The notes beneath the pieces were generated by a model. It was not told the DNA's origin, searched no databases, and saw only the letters and a list, made by a program, of their open reading frames with translations. 64,000 nt of DNA from Bdellovibrionales bacterium (GTDB lineage: Bacteria; Bdellovibrionota; Bdellovibrionia; Bdellovibrionales; UBA1609): NCBI GenBank assembly GCA_965261545.1, contig CBDHDF010000007.1, positions 539,488 to 603,487 on the forward strand, given 5' to 3'. This document shows positions 21,762 through 31,620 of this stretch, piece after piece. Numbering within the stretch: the stretch's first letter is position 1; each line of letters starts with the position of its first letter. The position numbers and the translations under genes were made by a program.

Positions 21762-22339
21762 TTATGCCCTCCTGCTTTATACCCTTCTGTAGACGCCCCT
21801 TTTTCTCTTTTCGCTGCTTTTTTATACTCTCCAGGGATCCATGTGTCCTTCCAGGGACGGGGAGCTTGGTCGGCAATCATTTTTTGTAAAAGCATCACCC
21901 CATCCAATACAGCCTCAGGGGTGGGGGGGCAACCGGGGACGTAAACATCCACCGGAATCACCTTATCCACACCTTGGAGAACATGATAGGATCGGTAAAA
22001 GCCACCAGAGCTAGCACAGGCTCCCATGGAGATAACGTATTTGGGTTCCAGCATTTGCTCATAAATCCGCAAAATGACGGGGGTCATTTTTTCGGTGATG
22101 GTTCCGGCCACAATCATCAAGTCCGCTTGTCTCGGAGAAAATCGGACCACCTCAGCTCCAAATCGAGCCAAATCATAGCGAGGTCCCATGATGGACATCA
22201 TTTCAATACCACAACATGCCGTTCCGAAGGGCATGGGCCAAAGAGAATTCTTGCGGCCCCATGCCACAATGGCCTCCAGTTGCGTAGTAAAAGCAAAGGA
22301 CTGGGATGGTTCGACCATATATTTTTGTGTATTCTTCAT
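21758..22339 (-). CDS. nuoB: NADH-quinone oxidoreductase subunit B
   Basis: [28 protein letters not shown]. Confidence 0.97.
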   Translation of the reverse strand: MKNTQKYMVEPSQSFAFTTQLEAIVAWGRKNSLWPMPFGTACCGIEMMSIMGPRYDLARFGAEVVRFSPRQADLMIVAGTITEKMTPVILRIYEQMLEPKYVISMGACASSGGFYRSYHVLQGVDKVIPVDVYVPGCPPTPEAVLDGVMLLQKMIADQAPRPWKDTWIPGEYKKAAKREKGASTEGYKAGGHK

Positions 22340-22490
22340 GGCTGCGTATTTCCTTATGAATACTTAATATTTTGTATGGCTTTGTTTTCTTACGACTACG
22401 TATTCCTATGACTGTGTATTTTGTGTGGCTGTGTACTATATAGCTGCGTTTTCTTAATGGCTATACTTTCTATATGGCTGTTGTTCTCCA
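22338..22490. repeat. Degenerate ~17-bp tandem repeats upstream of nuoB
   Basis: Variants of ATGGCTGCGTATTTCCT, the reverse complement of the nuoB RBS/start region. Confidence 0.6.
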
Positions 22491-22788
22491 CGATATCTCT
22501 TCTTATAAATCAACCTATTCCATACAGGAATGAGATTCAAGCTTCTTTGCAATATAAATAGTTATTATGTTCCCCTGTTGAGAAGCTATCACAAAGACTA
22601 GTTTTCTTAAGGGTATCTAGTTTTCCATTGAAAGCAAGCCAAGGCAACTCATAAAATTTCTATAACTTGTAACGACTTCGACCTATGTCATCTTTTCATT
22701 AAGAGATGTCATTTTGAATGGCTGCCTCAAAATGCTTTTCTTTGAATTCATGGCTGGGTGAGTGGTTACCGAAACCTAAGGAGGGGAT

Positions 22789-24375
22789 ATGAAGCGTTTG
22801 TTATTATGGGTTATACTATCATTTTTTGGTTTAAGTCCATCTGCTTTTGCCGGAGATTACTTAGTTAAAATTGATGGAGGACTTAAGCCATCGTCGGCAT
22901 CTGATATGAATCTCATATCTCATATTCAAGGGATGAGTGCCAGTGCGGTTCATGTCAAGGCTTTGCCCTTGGAAAATTGGGTGAAGGTTTCTACGCCTGA
23001 AGGCGAGGAACTGGATTTACAAAGGTTGCAAGCTCATCCGTATATTCAGTATGTTCAAAAAAATTATAAATATGGAATTTTCCAAAATCCATATATTGCT
23101 CAACAAACTGAGATCATCAAAGAAAAATTCTCAAATTTAGCTCCCCGGTTTAAAGGGATTCAGGAAGATTGTCCCTTTCATCCCATCATTTGCGCTATTC
23201 TTGGCATTGGAGAGGGTGGCGGTTTTCCTGGATTTCCTGGTGGGGGAGAAAATGGCCTCAAAGATAATCCTGATATCCCCGCTAGCAACCCAACACAAGT
23301 GGGTGCGGATCCCTTATTTGATAAGCAGTGGGGAATGAAAGACGTCCAAGTGACCGAGGCCCATAAAGTTCACCAAGGAAGCCCTGAGGTTGTGGTGGCG
23401 ATCATTGATACAGGTGTTGACTATACCCACGAAGACCTTGTGAATAACCTTTGGAGAAATCCTGGTGAGATGGGTGAAGATGCCAATGGTAAAGATAAGT
23501 CCACCAACGGAGTCGATGATGATGGCAACGGTTATGTAGATGATGTCATTGGTTGGGATTTTGTTGACAATGATAACAAGCCCTACGATTTAAAGGGGGC
23601 AAACCTTCTTCAAGGCGGAAACCCTGGTCATGGCACCCATTGTGCTGGGAATGCAGCCGCTCAAGGAAATAATCAACTTGGAGTGAAGGGCGTGGCTCCC
23701 AATGTAAAAATCATGCCCCTTCGGTTTATCAGTGCTGATGGACAGGGAACCACAGAAGCGGCTGTGGCGGCGATTCGTTATGCCATTGACAATGGAGCCA
23801 CGGTGACTTCCAACTCTTGGGGAGTGACGGTTTCCCGTGAGGAAGCTGCAAAGGATAAGCTTCTCAAAGAGGCTTTAGACTACTCTCAAGAAAAGGGAGT
23901 GTTGTTTGTGGCCGCTGCAGGCAATGGAAATAAAATGGGAGTGGGCTTCGACAATGATTCATCACAAACTCCCGCTTATCCAGCCTCTTTTGAACACGAT
24001 ATTATCGTGAGTGTGGCAGCAACAGATATTAAACAAGAGAGAGGTTCTTTTTCAAATTGGGGTGCGACTTCTGTGGATATTGCGGCACCAGGTGTTGAAA
24101 TTCTCTCCACAGCTGTGGGTAACCTCTATCAAGATAAGGTCAAGGTGCCTTTGATGGGGGAAGCGCCTTGGGCTGGAACTTCAATGGCCACTCCCTTTGT
24201 CTCAGGTGCTGCGGCTCTTTATATTTCCGCAAACCCTAGTGCTGATTGGAGATCTGTGAAGGATAGGATTTTGTCCACCGCCACGCCGACGCCTTCTATG
24301 CAGGGCAAAGCGGTTTCCAACGGACGGCTCAATGTCGGAGATTTAATGACGCAGCCACCACAGCTACAGCCATAG
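22789..24375 (+). CDS. Secreted S8 subtilisin-like serine protease
   Basis: Signal peptide; triad IIDTG / GHGTH / GTSMA; DDDGNGYVDD insert; RBS AAGGAGG. Confidence 0.96.
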   Translation: MKRLLLWVILSFFGLSPSAFAGDYLVKIDGGLKPSSASDMNLISHIQGMSASAVHVKALPLENWVKVSTPEGEELDLQRLQAHPYIQYVQKNYKYGIFQNPYIAQQTEIIKEKFSNLAPRFKGIQEDCPFHPIICAILGIGEGGGFPGFPGGGENGLKDNPDIPASNPTQVGADPLFDKQWGMKDVQVTEAHKVHQGSPEVVVAIIDTGVDYTHEDLVNNLWRNPGEMGEDANGKDKSTNGVDDDGNGYVDDVIGWDFVDNDNKPYDLKGANLLQGGNPGHGTHCAGNAAAQGNNQLGVKGVAPNVKIMPLRFISADGQGTTEAAVAAIRYAIDNGATVTSNSWGVTVSREEAAKDKLLKEALDYSQEKGVLFVAAAGNGNKMGVGFDNDSSQTPAYPASFEHDIIVSVAATDIKQERGSFSNWGATSVDIAAPGVEILSTAVGNLYQDKVKVPLMGEAPWAGTSMATPFVSGAAALYISANPSADWRSVKDRILSTATPTPSMQGKAVSNGRLNVGDLMTQPPQLQP

Positions 24376-24389
24376 ATCGCGCCAAGCCA

Positions 24390-25358
24390 TTGAGTCACCG
24401 TGACCTATCCCGCTCTTCATTGAATCAGTTCCATGATTTGCTATGTGAACTTTGCGAGGGGGTTAAGGCCAAGGATGTTCGCTCCTTGGCTCGCCTTCTT
24501 ACACAGGTGGAGCGTGAAGGTGGATGCTCTTTGGTCAACCCCGATCTGCTCGACCCTCCCCATGGGAGCTTAAGGATAGGTGTGACGGGGCCTCCAGGGG
24601 CTGGTAAGTCCACTCTTGTGGGTGAGCTGATTCGATCCTTTCGAGCTAAAAATTGGAGCGTGGGGGTCCTCGCTGTTGATCCCTCCAGCTCTTTCAGCCA
24701 TGGTGCCATCTTAGGCGACCGCATTAGGTACTCGGATCACTTCCTCGATAAAAATGTTTTTATCCGATCCTTAGGGACAAGGGGTAGCTTGGGGGGCTTA
24801 AGTGCCTCTACTTATCTTATGCTGAGAGCTTATGATCTTTTTGCCTTTGATATTGTTCTCATAGAGACTGTGGGAGTGGGGCAAACTGAGTTAGAAATTG
24901 TTAATGTGGCGGATCAGGTGGGAGTGGTTCTTGTTCCGGAGTCGGGTGACTCCATACAAATGATAAAAGCGGGTCTTCTCGAAATTGCAAACTTTTATAT
25001 TGTTAATAAATCAGATCGTCCAGGAGCAGCTTCTTTGGCCCGAGAGGTGGAGGCCCACTGGGGCTCCGAGGGGGGGGCAGATTCGGACTCACTAAGAATA
25101 AAAAAAGTATTTAAGACCGTGGCCACAGAGGGGAAGGGCCTTGAAGGAATCGTTCAACTGTGTGAGCAGCTCAAGCTCCAAGTCCAAGATATGAAGAGGC
25201 AAAGAAACTCCCCCCATAGGCTTAGCAAAGAGGCTCAAGCTCTTCTGCGAGCTAGATATGAAGAACGCTTGATAGAGAAGGTGACTGGTATTCAAAGTCT
25301 TAAGGAGTTTCAAGAGTTGGTCCTTAGGACCCATGATGGTGCTGCCTCTACCTGGTGA
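24390..25358 (+). CDS. meaB: Methylmalonyl-CoA mutase-associated GTPase
   Basis: GPPGAGKST, AVDPSS, ILGDRIR, ETVGVGQ, NKSD. Confidence 0.93.
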   Translation: MSHRDLSRSSLNQFHDLLCELCEGVKAKDVRSLARLLTQVEREGGCSLVNPDLLDPPHGSLRIGVTGPPGAGKSTLVGELIRSFRAKNWSVGVLAVDPSSSFSHGAILGDRIRYSDHFLDKNVFIRSLGTRGSLGGLSASTYLMLRAYDLFAFDIVLIETVGVGQTELEIVNVADQVGVVLVPESGDSIQMIKAGLLEIANFYIVNKSDRPGAASLAREVEAHWGSEGGADSDSLRIKKVFKTVATEGKGLEGIVQLCEQLKLQVQDMKRQRNSPHRLSKEAQALLRARYEERLIEKVTGIQSLKEFQELVLRTHDGAASTW

Positions 25359-25371
25359 TGCTATGCTGCCT

Positions 25372-25773
25372 TTATTTAAAGAATTCGGCGCCAAATTTCC
25401 AACCATGATCGGCAAAGCTCCAATAGTCGCCATTTCCGAATATAATGTGATCCACAATAGGTATCTCTACCAATTGGCTGGCCTGAATAATTTGTCGTGT
25501 GAATTGAATATCCTGTGGCGAGGGTTCGGGATTTCCACTGGGGTGATTATGGGCGATGAGCAAAGAAGAAGAGTTATTTGTAATTGCAAAGCGAAAGATA
25601 TCCCTAGGGTGAACCATGCATTGGTCCACAGTTCCCCGAAACAAACAGCACCTAGCAAGGGTTTTCTTATTTGAGCTAAGAGCAATGCTCCAAAACTCTT
25701 CCACATCCTTGGAAAAACAAGATTTTAGTTGACTGTATGCATCTAGGCTCGTTGTAATGGTGCCCATATCCAT
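25372..25773 (-). CDS. radC: RadC-like JAB domain protein (short form)
   Basis: VHPRDIF, AHNHPSG..EPSPQD, DHII. Confidence 0.9.
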   Translation of the reverse strand: MDMGTITTSLDAYSQLKSCFSKDVEEFWSIALSSNKKTLARCCLFRGTVDQCMVHPRDIFRFAITNNSSSLLIAHNHPSGNPEPSPQDIQFTRQIIQASQLVEIPIVDHIIFGNGDYWSFADHGWKFGAEFFK

Positions 25774-25906
25774 GCTTGAACCTTATGCAATGTGGTGCCA
25801 AAATCCCTCTCCTCTAGAGTTGTGAATGAGTTTAGAAAGGGCCGTATTCCGAATGGTTTATTTTTGTTCGGCATAAAGACACAAATGATTAAGCGAGAGG
25901 AGTTAG

Positions 25907-28507
25907 ATGATGAAAATTTCTTTAAAGTGGCTACAAGATTACATAGATGTGCAAGAGTTTTTTTCAAAACCTGATGAGCTTGGGGAGATTCTTACTCACG
26001 GAGGTTTGGAGCTTGAAAATATCCAAAGAGAATCCGAAAGATTAGACAGTGTGGTGGTGGGGCATATCTGTAGCCTGGAGCAACATCCCCAAGCCGACCG
26101 CCTCACTCTCTGCCAAGTGGATGTGGGAGAGAAAAATCTTCGGCCCATTATTTGTGGAGCAACGAACCACAAGCAAGGGGACAAAGTAGTGGTGGCACTC
26201 CCTGGAGCCAAGCTCTCCTGTGGACTTCATATTAAAAAATCAAAGATTCGTGGGATCGAAAGCCTTGGAATGCTTTGCTCAGAGTCTGAGTTGGGATTTA
26301 CGGAAAAAAGCGAGGGCATTTGCATCCTGCCTTCAGAGGCGCCCGTGGGAACATCCTATGCAGAGTATACTCGCCTTGATGATGTCATTTTGGAGTTAAA
26401 TGTCACCCCTAACCGTGCGGACTGTCTCAGTCACGTTGGCTTGGCCCGTGAGTTGGGGGCCCTCCTTGGCCTTGAGGTGCAAAGCCCCAAAGTTCACTTT
26501 GAGATGGGGGGGCACTCCGTAGAAGAGGCGGCAGAACTTGAGCTTCTTAGCGTGGATCTGTGTCCTCGATACGCAGGGTGCTTAATAAAGGGAGTTAAAG
26601 TTGGAGAGTCCCCAGACTGGATGAAGGCCCGACTGGAAGCTGTGGGAATCCACTCCATCAACAATGTGGTGGATGTCACCAATTATGTCATGATGGAATT
26701 GGGCCAACCCCTTCACGCCTTTGATATTCGCTTCATAGAGGGGCAGAAGATACTTGTGGAACGATCGAAAAAGGGAGAAGAGTTCACCAGCTTGGATGGG
26801 ACAAAGATTGAACTCACAGGAAGTGAACTCGCTATTCGTGATAAAAAGAAAGTCATTGCTCTTGCTGGTATCATCGGTGGCCTCAATTCGGGAGTTGTCC
26901 AAGAAACCACAGATATTTTTATTGAGTCGGCTCACTTCACTCCAAAAACAGTTCGCTCCACGTCAAGGCGCTTGGGTTTCCAAACAGATTCCGCCTATCG
27001 TTTTGCCCGGGGAACGGATCCCCAGGGTGTTAAATACGCCCTACAACGAAGTTGCCATCTTATCCAAAAGATGGCCGGGGGAGAAGTGAGCTGCGACTTT
27101 TACGATGAATATCCCGAGCCAATTGTATCTACGCCCGTTGCGGTGAGATATCAAACTCTGGAGGATCGTCTAGGTTACCCTGTTTCCAAAGAGGACTTTC
27201 ATTTATGGATGAAGTCCTTGGGCTGTGAATTCGTGAAAACAGAGGATTTCAGTACGACCTTAAGACCACCTTCCTACAGGTGGGATCTCAAAATAGAAAT
27301 GGATTTTGTCGAAGAATATGCCAGGCTCAAGGGATATAACAAAATTCCCGAACACTTGCCCGCCCTGGTGGACCCTCCCAGCGAGCACCACAGCTTCTAC
27401 AAGACAGATAGAGTTTTAACACAGTGGATGTGTGAACAGGGATATTTTCAAGCTGTGAACTATCATTTCATAGGAGAATCCTTTTTGAAGAGCTTTCTTG
27501 GGGATATTTCCAAACTTTTCTTCTATGCTCATGGCGGTGGTAGTGCTCATGGCTGTGATGGTGGCACTCGTGATTGTGTTGGTGATTATAGCCATCATAC
27601 TCATAGTCATGGTTTGGAATGGGGTCCTATCCTTGTAAAAAATCCACTCAGTGAAGACACCAATGCGATGAGAACAATGTTATTGCCGGGGTTGATGAAA
27701 AACCTGCTTTATAACTATCGCCATGGCTCCCACTATGGAAGACTCTTTGAGTTGGGAAAAACCTTTGCTCGGAGAACAGACAGTGCTTTCAGCCACCAAG
27801 CTTCCGCCATAAAGACTTCCACAGAGCAGGGTTTCTCCAGCCAAGCTTCCACAGAGAAAAGTCTCTTTGCCGAAAATCACCACCTTGCCTTGCTTGCCTG
27901 GGGACAAAGAGAAACCCTGTGGCAAAAATCGTCCCAACGTCCTGTCATTTACGACCTCAAGTCCTCCATGGAGTCCTTGTTTTCACGCCTTCGAAGCTCT
28001 TCTTTTCAATGGAGAGATATACACTCTCCGCCAGACTTTCTTCACTCTGGCCAATGTGCAAGTTTATTCTTTGAAGGGCAAACAGTGGGTTTTATAGGGA
28101 CTCTTCACCCCCGCCTTAAGGAGGAATACAAGCTTCGTCATGATGTTGCTATGGGAGAGTTTTACGTTGAAGGACTCATGCGTGGGCAGCCCCGTAAACC
28201 TAAACTCAAGGAGCTTTCTAAATATCCCGCTGTGGAGCGAGACTTTGCCTTTGTTTTGCCCGATGATTTAAAGGTTGGTGATGTCATCAGGCATATCCAG
28301 AAGTCTGCGGGAAAAGAACTTCAATCTGTGGTTGTTTTTGATGACTACCGTGGCTCCAGTGTTGACAGACAAGATGGTCACCACTCTGTGGCCTTTCGAC
28401 TTATCTACCAAGACCCCACAGAAACTCTCTCTGAAAAGCGACTTTCAGAGCTTCACCAGAAGCTTATTTCAGCAGTGACCAAGAAATTTTCCATTTCAAC
28501 AAGGTAA
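25907..28507 (+). CDS. pheT: Phenylalanine--tRNA ligase beta subunit
   Basis: MKISLKWL, CGATN, TPNRADC, GQPLHAFD, FDX-ACB C-terminus; carries low-complexity inserts. Confidence 0.97.
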   Translation: MMKISLKWLQDYIDVQEFFSKPDELGEILTHGGLELENIQRESERLDSVVVGHICSLEQHPQADRLTLCQVDVGEKNLRPIICGATNHKQGDKVVVALPGAKLSCGLHIKKSKIRGIESLGMLCSESELGFTEKSEGICILPSEAPVGTSYAEYTRLDDVILELNVTPNRADCLSHVGLARELGALLGLEVQSPKVHFEMGGHSVEEAAELELLSVDLCPRYAGCLIKGVKVGESPDWMKARLEAVGIHSINNVVDVTNYVMMELGQPLHAFDIRFIEGQKILVERSKKGEEFTSLDGTKIELTGSELAIRDKKKVIALAGIIGGLNSGVVQETTDIFIESAHFTPKTVRSTSRRLGFQTDSAYRFARGTDPQGVKYALQRSCHLIQKMAGGEVSCDFYDEYPEPIVSTPVAVRYQTLEDRLGYPVSKEDFHLWMKSLGCEFVKTEDFSTTLRPPSYRWDLKIEMDFVEEYARLKGYNKIPEHLPALVDPPSEHHSFYKTDRVLTQWMCEQGYFQAVNYHFIGESFLKSFLGDISKLFFYAHGGGSAHGCDGGTRDCVGDYSHHTHSHGLEWGPILVKNPLSEDTNAMRTMLLPGLMKNLLYNYRHGSHYGRLFELGKTFARRTDSAFSHQASAIKTSTEQGFSSQASTEKSLFAENHHLALLAWGQRETLWQKSSQRPVIYDLKSSMESLFSRLRSSSFQWRDIHSPPDFLHSGQCASLFFEGQTVGFIGTLHPRLKEEYKLRHDVAMGEFYVEGLMRGQPRKPKLKELSKYPAVERDFAFVLPDDLKVGDVIRHIQKSAGKELQSVVVFDDYRGSSVDRQDGHHSVAFRLIYQDPTETLSEKRLSELHQKLISAVTKKFSISTR

Positions 28508-28564
28508 GATCGTTGTGTGGAGGCAAATGGATGGACTTTAAATGGGTTCAACACCTGTCTGAAT
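28455..28564 (+). repeat. 110-bp direct repeat flanking IS1634-type A copy 1 (second copy 30477-30586)
   Basis: ACCAGAAGCTT...CCTGTCTGAAT on both sides of the element. Confidence 0.97.
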
Positions 28565-30476
28565 CCCGAGTTTGACAGCAGCATCTGCGTTAAAATGCGA
28601 AATTTCCAGAAATTGGGGTTGTACTGAAATATAATGGTAGCTGCTGGAAAAATTAAAATTGACGTAAAAAAAGTGTAGAAAACAAAATAGGATTTTATCG
28701 TTTTAAATATTGATATATCATAGAAATATGTAGAAAATATCCTCATGTACATCCAAACGACTAAAAACTCAAAAGGTCAGTGCTACTACCACCTTGTGGA
28801 GTCCTACAGAGAAAAAGGCAAATCCAAAAAACGCATGCTCATGTCCTTAGGTAAGGCTGGAGAAGGAGGAGAGGATAAGATTAATAGTTTGGCGCAGGCC
28901 GTATCCCGCCACCGAGAGCTTCTCACTGTGAGTCAATTGGCTAAGGAGCTTTACATCGAAGAGACTTTCATTTTGGGTCCCTTGCTGATTTTACAAAAGT
29001 TGTTTGATCAACTGGGTATCAATAAGACCCTCAAAGACATAAAAGATTCTCATGAGAAAGTTCAATTTGATTTATGTAAGGTGATTTTTACCTTAGTTGC
29101 CAGCCGATTTATTGCTCCTAGTTCCAAGTTAAAGGTTTTTGAGTATTGGCAAAAATCTTTTTACCCAGACATGATTAAGGGTGATTTGAGTCTCCAGCAT
29201 ATTTATCGGTCTATGGACTTACTTGCCTCCCATAAGGATGAAATAGAGAACTCGCTTTATTGGGTGGGGCGAGATTTATTTAATTTTCAAGTAGATATTG
29301 TGTTGTATGATTTAACAACCTTACGCTTCGAGAGTACAAGAACAGACTTAGGGAAACTTCGTCAATTTGGCTATAGTAAAGAGAGACGATCAGACTGCAC
29401 CCAAGTTGTCTTTGGTTTGTTGGTGAATCGGGATGGCATCCCTTTAGGTTTTGAGGTTTTCCCTGGAATACTTTTGAAGGCAAGACGCTTTCAGATATTG
29501 TTGATAAAATGAGAAAAAAGTTTAATGTACGCCGTTTCATTTTTGTGGCTGATAGGGGGCTTTTATCAAAGGCTAATACTGACAAACTCAGTGAGGATCA
29601 AAGCGAGTTTATTGTTGGTATGAAGCTTGGATCTTTAAAAAAAGAAAAGAAACAAGAGGTCTATGATTTAAATCGTTTTAGCTGGGTATATGAGAATGAG
29701 CTTGCTGTTTACGAAACAGACCATGGGGGGCATAGATGTATTGTGACTTGGTCTAGGAAAAGAGCAGAGAGGGATAAAAAATCTAGAGAATCCCTTCTTG
29801 AAAAGATCGAAGGAAAACTATCTTCTAAAGGTGTTCAGTCTAGTACTTTTGTTTCCAATAAAGGTTATAAGAAATATGTAAAGATGGCTGACGACAAAAA
29901 TAAAAAACCTGAATTAAATGCAGAACAAATAGAATTAGATGAAAAAATTGATGGTTTTTTTGCCGTCCTTACAAATGTCAAAGACTTGACGGCAGATGAG
30001 ATTATTATCAACTACAAAGAATTGTGGAAAATTGAAGATGCTTTTGGTGAGTTAAAAGGGACTTTGAAAACACGTCCTGTTTTCCATTGGACAGACCAGA
30101 GGATTATTGGACATTTAACTCTATGCTTTTTAACTTATCTTTGTGAGGCCCACCTTACAAAATGTTTAAGAGATAAGAAGATGAACCTAAAAAGCCCAGC
30201 CATAGGCATTGGTCATGTTAAAGAGCGACCTTTAACTGTTGTAGAGGCCATGAGGGAACTCAAGGAAGTTAGGGCTATCCCTGTTAAAATTCGTGATCAA
30301 GTCATTTGGACCCGCACAGATATCACTGGCAATGCCAACTCCTTATTTAAAGCCGCAGGCGTCCCCATCCCTCCCAGAATCCTTAATGCCCACAAGTGTG
30401 GATAAACAAAATACAACTATATGCGTTAATCCTTTAATATCATTCGTTTGACGCAGATGCTGCTGTCAAACTCGGG
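28565..30476 (+). mobile_element. IS1634-type A, copy 1 (transposase split by a 1-nt deletion near 29466; ORFs 28745-29512 and 29509-30405)
   Basis: 26-bp perfect TIR CCCGAGTTTGACAGCAGCATCTGCGT; YDLTT, GYSKE.R.D..QV, VADRG, Y..LW.IE.AF..LK, RPVFHW. Confidence 0.96.
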
Positions 30477-30665
30477 ACCAGAAGCTTATTTCAGCAGTGA
30501 CCAAGAAATTTTCCATTTCAACAAGGTAAGATCGTTGTGTGGAGGCAAATGGATGGACTTTAAATGGGTTCAACACCTGTCTGAATTTTCATTGAAATAT
30601 CTATAAACTATTGAAATTTTAGATATTCCTGCTAACCTGTTCCTTGTTATCAGTGAGGAGGTGAC

Positions 30666-30977
30666 ATGACTCATCCAAACTCAAGTCGCATTACAACCAC
30701 AAAGGCGGATATTGTTGAAAGCGTCTACCAAAGAATAGGCTTTTCTAAGCAGGAGGCTATCGATCTTGTGGAAATGGTTTTTGAAGCTCTTAAAGAGTCA
30801 CTGTGCGAGGGTGAAAAAGTGAAGATATCTGGGTTTGGTAATTTTTCTGTCAAGGAAAAGCAATCCCGGCGAGGAAGAAATCCACAAACAGGCGAGCAAA
30901 TCATCATCGATGCCCGTCGAGTTCTGACCTTTAAGCCAAGTCAAGTTCTAAAGGCAGTACTTAACAATGAAGAGTGA
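30666..30977 (+). CDS. ihfA: Integration host factor alpha subunit
   Basis: TKADI, VKISGFGNF, GRNPQTG, RRVLTFKPS; follows pheT. Confidence 0.93.
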   Translation: MTHPNSSRITTTKADIVESVYQRIGFSKQEAIDLVEMVFEALKESLCEGEKVKISGFGNFSVKEKQSRRGRNPQTGEQIIIDARRVLTFKPSQVLKAVLNNEE

Positions 30978-30995
30978 GCAAGGAGGTCACGGCCC

Positions 30996-31517
30996 ATGGA
31001 AGGTTTCATGAGCGAAGGGGTTACATTGGAAATGGGGAACAGGTACTCACCTCTACCTCCCCCCCATGGAAATTTTCGTCCCAGCCCCCCACCTCTCAGC
31101 GTAGATGAAAGTCTTCTTAAGAGTTTAAGAGGTATTCCCAACAAAATGGTCTTTAAAATTGGAGAGGTTGCGGAGATGTTGGAAGTCAAGTCCTCTGTTT
31201 TGAGATACTGGGAAACTGAGTTTGAAATGCTCAAGCCCCAGAAGTCAAAATACAACCAACGGATGTATTCACGAAAAAATGTAGAACTCTTGTTTATCAT
31301 CAAAAAGCTTCTCTACAAAGATCGATTTTCCATTGAGGGGGCTCGATCTGTTCTTAAGAAAACGCAGCAAGAGACAAAAAAAGCCATGGGCTTGCGCTTG
31401 CAAAGCCAAAACTACAGCCAGAGTCAACATGGATATCTTGAACAACATCTTGAAGAAATTAAAAGCAAGACTCGCCGCCTCCTTGGTGAGATACGGCGGG
31501 TTAAGTTAAAATTTTAA
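30996..31517 (+). CDS. MerR-family transcriptional regulator
   Basis: FKIGEVA...VLRYWETEF..LKP.K...R.Y; conserved ihfA-merR order. Confidence 0.92.
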   Translation: MEGFMSEGVTLEMGNRYSPLPPPHGNFRPSPPPLSVDESLLKSLRGIPNKMVFKIGEVAEMLEVKSSVLRYWETEFEMLKPQKSKYNQRMYSRKNVELLFIIKKLLYKDRFSIEGARSVLKKTQQETKKAMGLRLQSQNYSQSQHGYLEQHLEEIKSKTRRLLGEIRRVKLKF

Positions 31518-31620
31518 GTGACGGGAGGGGCAGCCAATAAGTGACCAGTGGCGATCATAATTAAATTACCTGAAATCCGCAAAATTATGACTAGGTGTTA
31601 GACTTAAGCCTAGATTTTCT

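Noticed and set aside
29460..29470. Frameshifts in IS1634-A copies 1 and 3 (also ~57906) as programmed events
   Set aside because: They are at different positions in each copy and absent from copy 2, so they are mutations or long-read indel errors.
30397..30405. Perfect DnaA box overlapping the IS1634-A stop codon
   Set aside because: A single 9-mer in coding sequence can occur by chance.
31518..31568. tRNA-Pro often found after ihfA-merR
   Set aside because: No cloverleaf or T-loop motif is visible before the IS stack or after it.
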